A stretch of 32,226 bases of DNA from Methanobacterium sp. (GTDB lineage Archaea; Methanobacteriota; Methanobacteria; Methanobacteriales; Methanobacteriaceae), in NCBI GenBank assembly GCA_003166335.1, contig PMWA01000110.1:12830-45055 (forward strand), read 5' to 3'. This document shows, piece after piece, positions 28,618-32,226 of the stretch. A program made the translations under genes and the position numbers. The notes beneath the pieces were generated by a model. That model did not search any database, was not told where the DNA came from, and worked only from the letters and a program-made list of their open reading frames with translations. The first letter of the stretch is position 1. The number at the start of each line of letters is the position of its first letter.

Positions 28618-29745
28618 ATGGATATAGGAATTGTAAGTAGTTTTATAGATGAATTCTGTGGTGGTATAGGTGTTTACACCCATCAAATCCTGAAAAATCT
28701 TAACCAAATAGATAAGGAGAATGAGTATTATCCTATCCATTATTTAGAAAAAAATGTAGATGTTTACAGTCAAAATAATCAAATTATAATCCCAAAAAAC
28801 CGATTCGTAACAGGTTACGGAAGTAATATGCTTTGGAGGTACTTTACTCTTCCTCTACATTTAAAAAAATTTTCCCTGGATGTTATTCACGATCCCTACG
28901 AGCTAGGTGCTTTTACATTCGGAGGATCGTTTCGAAAAATTATCACTGTGCATGATTTAACTCCTGTACTTTTCCCGAGTCTATTCAAAAGGATTGATGT
29001 TATTTTTCACCGTTTATTACTAAAAAAAACTGTTAATAATGCTGATAAAATAATTACAGTATCTTATCATACTAAAAAAGACTTGATGAAGCATTTGGAT
29101 GTTCCGGAGGATAAAGTTAAGGTTATTTATAATGGAAAGGATGCTATATTCCAACCATTAAATTACCAAAAAACCATTCAAGTAAGGGAAAAATACCGAT
29201 TACCAAACCATTTTATTTTATCAGTGGGGGGTTTACATCCAATAAAAAACATACCGCGTCTTTTGAAAGCTTATTGTTTATCCCGAAGAAATGGTTTGGA
29301 ACATAAGTTAGTGATAGTAGGAATGGTAATGGATAAAGCGAGTGAAATATTCCAAACTTTAAAGGTTTTAAGGTTGGAGGATCAGGTAATTTTCACAGGT
29401 AAAGTTCCCGATGATGATTTAGTAGCTCTTTATAATGCTGCTAGTCTTTTCATATATCCTTGTCTCTATGCTGGATTCGGTTTACCGCCATTAGAGGCTA
29501 TGTCTACTGGTACTCCTGTTATAACTTCCCGTAACAGTTCACTACCAGAGGTGGTGGGTGATGCTGGTCTGTTAATAAATCCTTATGATACTAAAGAGAT
29601 TGCCAAGGCAATTAACAGTCTTATTAATGATGATGAATTAAGAGAAGATCTAATAAAAAAGGGTTTGACACGATCAAAACTTTTTAATTGGAGTAAGTCC
29701 GCTTATGAAACTCTAGAAGTTTATAAGGAGGTTTATAATTACTGA
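28618..29745 (+). CDS. GT4 glycosyltransferase (MtfB/WbpY-like)
   Basis: [59 protein letters not shown]. Confidence 0.92.
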   Translation: MDIGIVSSFIDEFCGGIGVYTHQILKNLNQIDKENEYYPIHYLEKNVDVYSQNNQIIIPKNRFVTGYGSNMLWRYFTLPLHLKKFSLDVIHDPYELGAFTFGGSFRKIITVHDLTPVLFPSLFKRIDVIFHRLLLKKTVNNADKIITVSYHTKKDLMKHLDVPEDKVKVIYNGKDAIFQPLNYQKTIQVREKYRLPNHFILSVGGLHPIKNIPRLLKAYCLSRRNGLEHKLVIVGMVMDKASEIFQTLKVLRLEDQVIFTGKVPDDDLVALYNAASLFIYPCLYAGFGLPPLEAMSTGTPVITSRNSSLPEVVGDAGLLINPYDTKEIAKAINSLINDDELREDLIKKGLTRSKLFNWSKSAYETLEVYKEVYNY

Positions 29746-29814
29746 ATAAAAAAAAATTTTTATGGAAATTTATGCTCTGAAATTAATTTTCAAAGCTTAT
29801 GTGGTGGTGAAGTT

Positions 29815-29916
29815 ATGTCGGGTGAAAAATCAACAATTAAAACAAAAAAACATTTTAAAGGTGAATTTGACAGTTTTGAGAGTTTAGAACTGAGTATATT
29901 TCCAAAAATAGGGTGA
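29815..29916 (+). CDS. Possible 33-aa peptide (not in the ORF track)
   Basis: Strong GGTGGTGA RBS 4 nt before ATG; MSGEKSTIKTKKHFKGEFDSFESLELSIFPKIG*. Confidence 0.4.
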   Translation: MSGEKSTIKTKKHFKGEFDSFESLELSIFPKIG

Positions 29917-29990
29917 GACTTTGTGAAAAGATATGAAAATGGACTATAATAAATAATAATCTTTATTACTAGTTAAAAGGTTGAAAAGGA

Positions 29991-31460
29991 GTGTTGTTTA
30001 TGCGATTTTATAGTTTAAATGAAGATGATGTAGAACAATTTAAAAACAGAAAATTAATGAAAGGATTAATCCAATCCCTTAATAAAAATGATAGTTTTGT
30101 AAGTTATAAAGCTGCTGAAGCATTAGGAGAATTTGAAGGAGAGGAAACCGTAGAGACATTGTTAACAGCTTTAAATGAGGATGATGAGTCCGTTAAAGAA
30201 ATGGTTATAACCACTTTGGGACGAATAGGGGATAAAAATTCTGTTACACCTCTTATCTCCAATTTTGATGATGTAGATGATGAGCTTAAAGAACTAATTA
30301 TATTAGCATTAGGAGAAATCGGAGGCAAAAAATCCTTAGATTATATTAAATTAGCATTAAATGAGGATAACTTGGAAATTAAATTGAGAGCTATTGAAGC
30401 TCTTGGTAAAATATCCAACCCAGAATCTATTGAAGAATTAGTATATATGTTATTGGATGAAAATTTGGAGATTAAATTATATTCAATAACATCATTAGGA
30501 GAAATTGGAGATTCAAAAGCAATTAAACCACTCATTAAATTTCTTAATAATAGAAAATGGATTGTACGTAAATATTCTTTAAATGCTTTAGGAAAAATTG
30601 TTGAATGTTCCATTGAACCTTTTATAAATGCTTTGGATGATGAAAATTGTCATGTCAGAGAGAAAGCCGTGGAAATTATTGGCATCCGTGGTGATGAGAA
30701 TTCCATGAATTATCTTAATCAGGTATTAAATGATCCCGATGATGATGTTAGAATACGGGCTAATGAAATTCTTCGAAAACATAATAAAATAAATTACAAT
30801 GTAATGCAAGAAAATTTAAGAAAAAAACCTGATAAGTTAGATGAATTTATTCATAAAATTGGAAAAGATAAAGTTGTTGAAATTCTTATTGAATACTTAG
30901 AGGATGACAATCCTGAAATAACAGATAAAGAAGCTGAAATTCCAGAAGAAAATCTTGAAGAAATTCCAGATGAAAATACTGTATATCAGTCAATAAATGC
31001 ATTAAGTGACGGTAATTATAGTGTATGGTGGAGTGCTAAAGAAGAACTTAAAAAAATTGGTGGACCCGCAGTAATGCCTTTAATTAAAGTTTTAGATGAT
31101 GAGAACCCTAAAACAAGGTGGAGAGTTGTTTATACTTTAACGGAAATATGTGATGAACGAGCCATAATTCCTTTAATCAAACAACTTGAAAAAGAAAACT
31201 CTTCTATGAAAATGAAAATTGCTTTATCATTAAGTAAATTTGGTGAAAATGCAATTAAACCACTAACTATAGCTTTAAATGATGAAAGTAATGTAGTTCG
31301 TGAAAACGCTGCTGAAGCGTTAGGAGAAATAGGAGATCCAAAAGCACTTATTTCACTAGAAAATACTCTAAATGATGAGAATCCATATGTACGAAAAAGA
31401 GTAAAAGCAGCGATAAAAGCAATTAAAACAAAAAATTGTAATAAAAATTTTACAATATAA
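29991..31460 (+). CDS. HEAT-repeat (PBS lyase HEAT-like) protein
   Basis: Repeated LxDxxxxVRxxAAxALGxIGD units (e.g. ALNDESNVVRENAAEALGEIGDPKA) in two blocks separated by an acidic linker. Start is GTG 29991 or ATG 30000. Confidence 0.92.
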   Translation: MLFMRFYSLNEDDVEQFKNRKLMKGLIQSLNKNDSFVSYKAAEALGEFEGEETVETLLTALNEDDESVKEMVITTLGRIGDKNSVTPLISNFDDVDDELKELIILALGEIGGKKSLDYIKLALNEDNLEIKLRAIEALGKISNPESIEELVYMLLDENLEIKLYSITSLGEIGDSKAIKPLIKFLNNRKWIVRKYSLNALGKIVECSIEPFINALDDENCHVREKAVEIIGIRGDENSMNYLNQVLNDPDDDVRIRANEILRKHNKINYNVMQENLRKKPDKLDEFIHKIGKDKVVEILIEYLEDDNPEITDKEAEIPEENLEEIPDENTVYQSINALSDGNYSVWWSAKEELKKIGGPAVMPLIKVLDDENPKTRWRVVYTLTEICDERAIIPLIKQLEKENSSMKMKIALSLSKFGENAIKPLTIALNDESNVVRENAAEALGEIGDPKALISLENTLNDENPYVRKRVKAAIKAIKTKNCNKNFTI

Positions 31461-31807
31461 TTAAATTATACAGGTTTATTTCTGATGAAACCTTGGCCTT
31501 TTCTTATAGATGATTTAATTCTCTTAAATATTCTGATATTTGAAGTAAATTTCATATATTATTTAATCCATAATTAAATCTCTTGGGAGCTTTAAATCTC
31601 CATATTTTAATTTTCATTCTTTCTATGGTTTAATAGTAATATATCTTCATAACTCCTTATTAAATACTAGTTATTGATTACAGTTTCTTTCCTAACGGTT
31701 ATGTACATATATAATAAACTTTATATTTATTAGTGTATATCAAACTAATAAAACAAATTAAAATTTTTATTTGTTTAAGTGTCGAATAAAGGAGGTTGTC
31801 ATGAGTT

Positions 31808-32226
31808 ATGGCAAATGTAAGTTCTAATTCTACGAATTCAGTAAAGGAAACTCTTAAATTCAGGAGTTATGAAACTTCAGGGGATATTGATGTACCAGAT
31901 AGGATTATAGATCAAATTATTGGTCAGGAAGAAGCCACTGAAACCGTTAAGAAAGCCGCTAAACAAAGAAGGAATGTGCTTTTAATTGGTGAGCCGGGTA
32001 TAGGTAAATCTATGTTGGCTAAAGGAATGGCAGAATTATTACCACCTGAGGAACTTCAAGATGTACTCGTTTACCCTAACGCAGAGGATAATCACAATCC
32101 ATTAATTGGTGCCATGCCCTCAGGCGAAGGTAAAAAAGTGGTAACTAATTATAAAATCAAAGCTAAGGGACATGAAGAGAGAAAGAACATGTTGATGATG
32201 GTTATCATAGGTTTAATCCTAGTAGC
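31808..32226 (+). CDS. lonB: Archaeal ATP-dependent Lon protease LonB (5' part; runs off the right edge)
   Basis: Manual translation: MANVSS...[67 protein letters not shown]...[17 protein letters not shown] (Walker A followed by the start of the TM insert); AGGAGGT RBS. Confidence 0.95.
   Translation, partial: MANVSSNSTNSVKETLKFRSYETSGDIDVPDRIIDQIIGQEEATETVKKAAKQRRNVLLIGEPGIGKSMLAKGMAELLPPEELQDVLVYPNAEDNHNPLIGAMPSGEGKKVVTNYKIKAKGHEERKNMLMMVIIGLILV

Noticed and set aside
749..30613. Other short overlapping ORFs (749, 2397, 6131, 6172, 6747, 9355, 13607, 16209, 18456, 18698, 21408, 23605, 24132, 24247, 25893, 30104, 30341)
   Set aside because: Antisense or alternate-frame shadows of well-supported genes, or AT-rich intergenic noise; no motifs or convincing RBS.
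31472..31493. CTGATGA/GAAAC resembling a hammerhead ribozyme core
   Set aside because: The motifs overlap with no stem II; at most a short AGGTTT/AAACCT hairpin after the HEAT gene.
31801..31827. Out-of-frame 8-codon uORF overlapping the lonB start
   Set aside because: Its ATG is too close to the AGGAGGT RBS; the in-frame ATG at 31808 has more typical spacing.

Overview
AT-rich archaeal chromosomal segment, most consistent with a Methanobacteriales methanogen (Methanobacterium-like). The evidence is membrane-anchored LonB, GGTGA/GGAGG ribosome-binding sites, TATA-type promoters, a DUF2206-like protein and a HisKA_2-type kinase; the taxonomy is inferred. The left ~11 kb is an accessory patchwork: a decayed TetA-like MFS pseudogene divergent from an intact MarR regulator, a GT2, an intact MFS, small hypothetical genes and an SRPBCC protein. 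It also holds a two-gene operon encoding a coiled-coil single-HKD PLD nuclease and a Upf1/MOV10/DNA2-like SF1 helicase with a ~300-aa coiled-coil insert, preceded by an unannotated PadR remnant. That operon is the best candidate for an undescribed system: a kinase-less, Mokosh-like antiviral module in an archaeon. The region from ~11 to 29.7 kb is a surface-glycan locus (GT2/GT4s, flippase, DUF2206-like protein) with an FdtA/acetyltransferase/GNAT/DegT amino-sugar operon whose aminotransferase carries an in-frame TAA. Embedded in it are two apparent pseudo-enzymes (TPR-CPBP pseudoprotease, PAS-pseudokinase), an RHH regulator, an unannotated Zn-finger microprotein and duplicated regulatory elements. 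The window ends with a HEAT-repeat gene and the 5' part of lonB. No rRNA, tRNA, CRISPR array or IS element was recognised. All family calls come from motif recognition by eye; no database searches were run.
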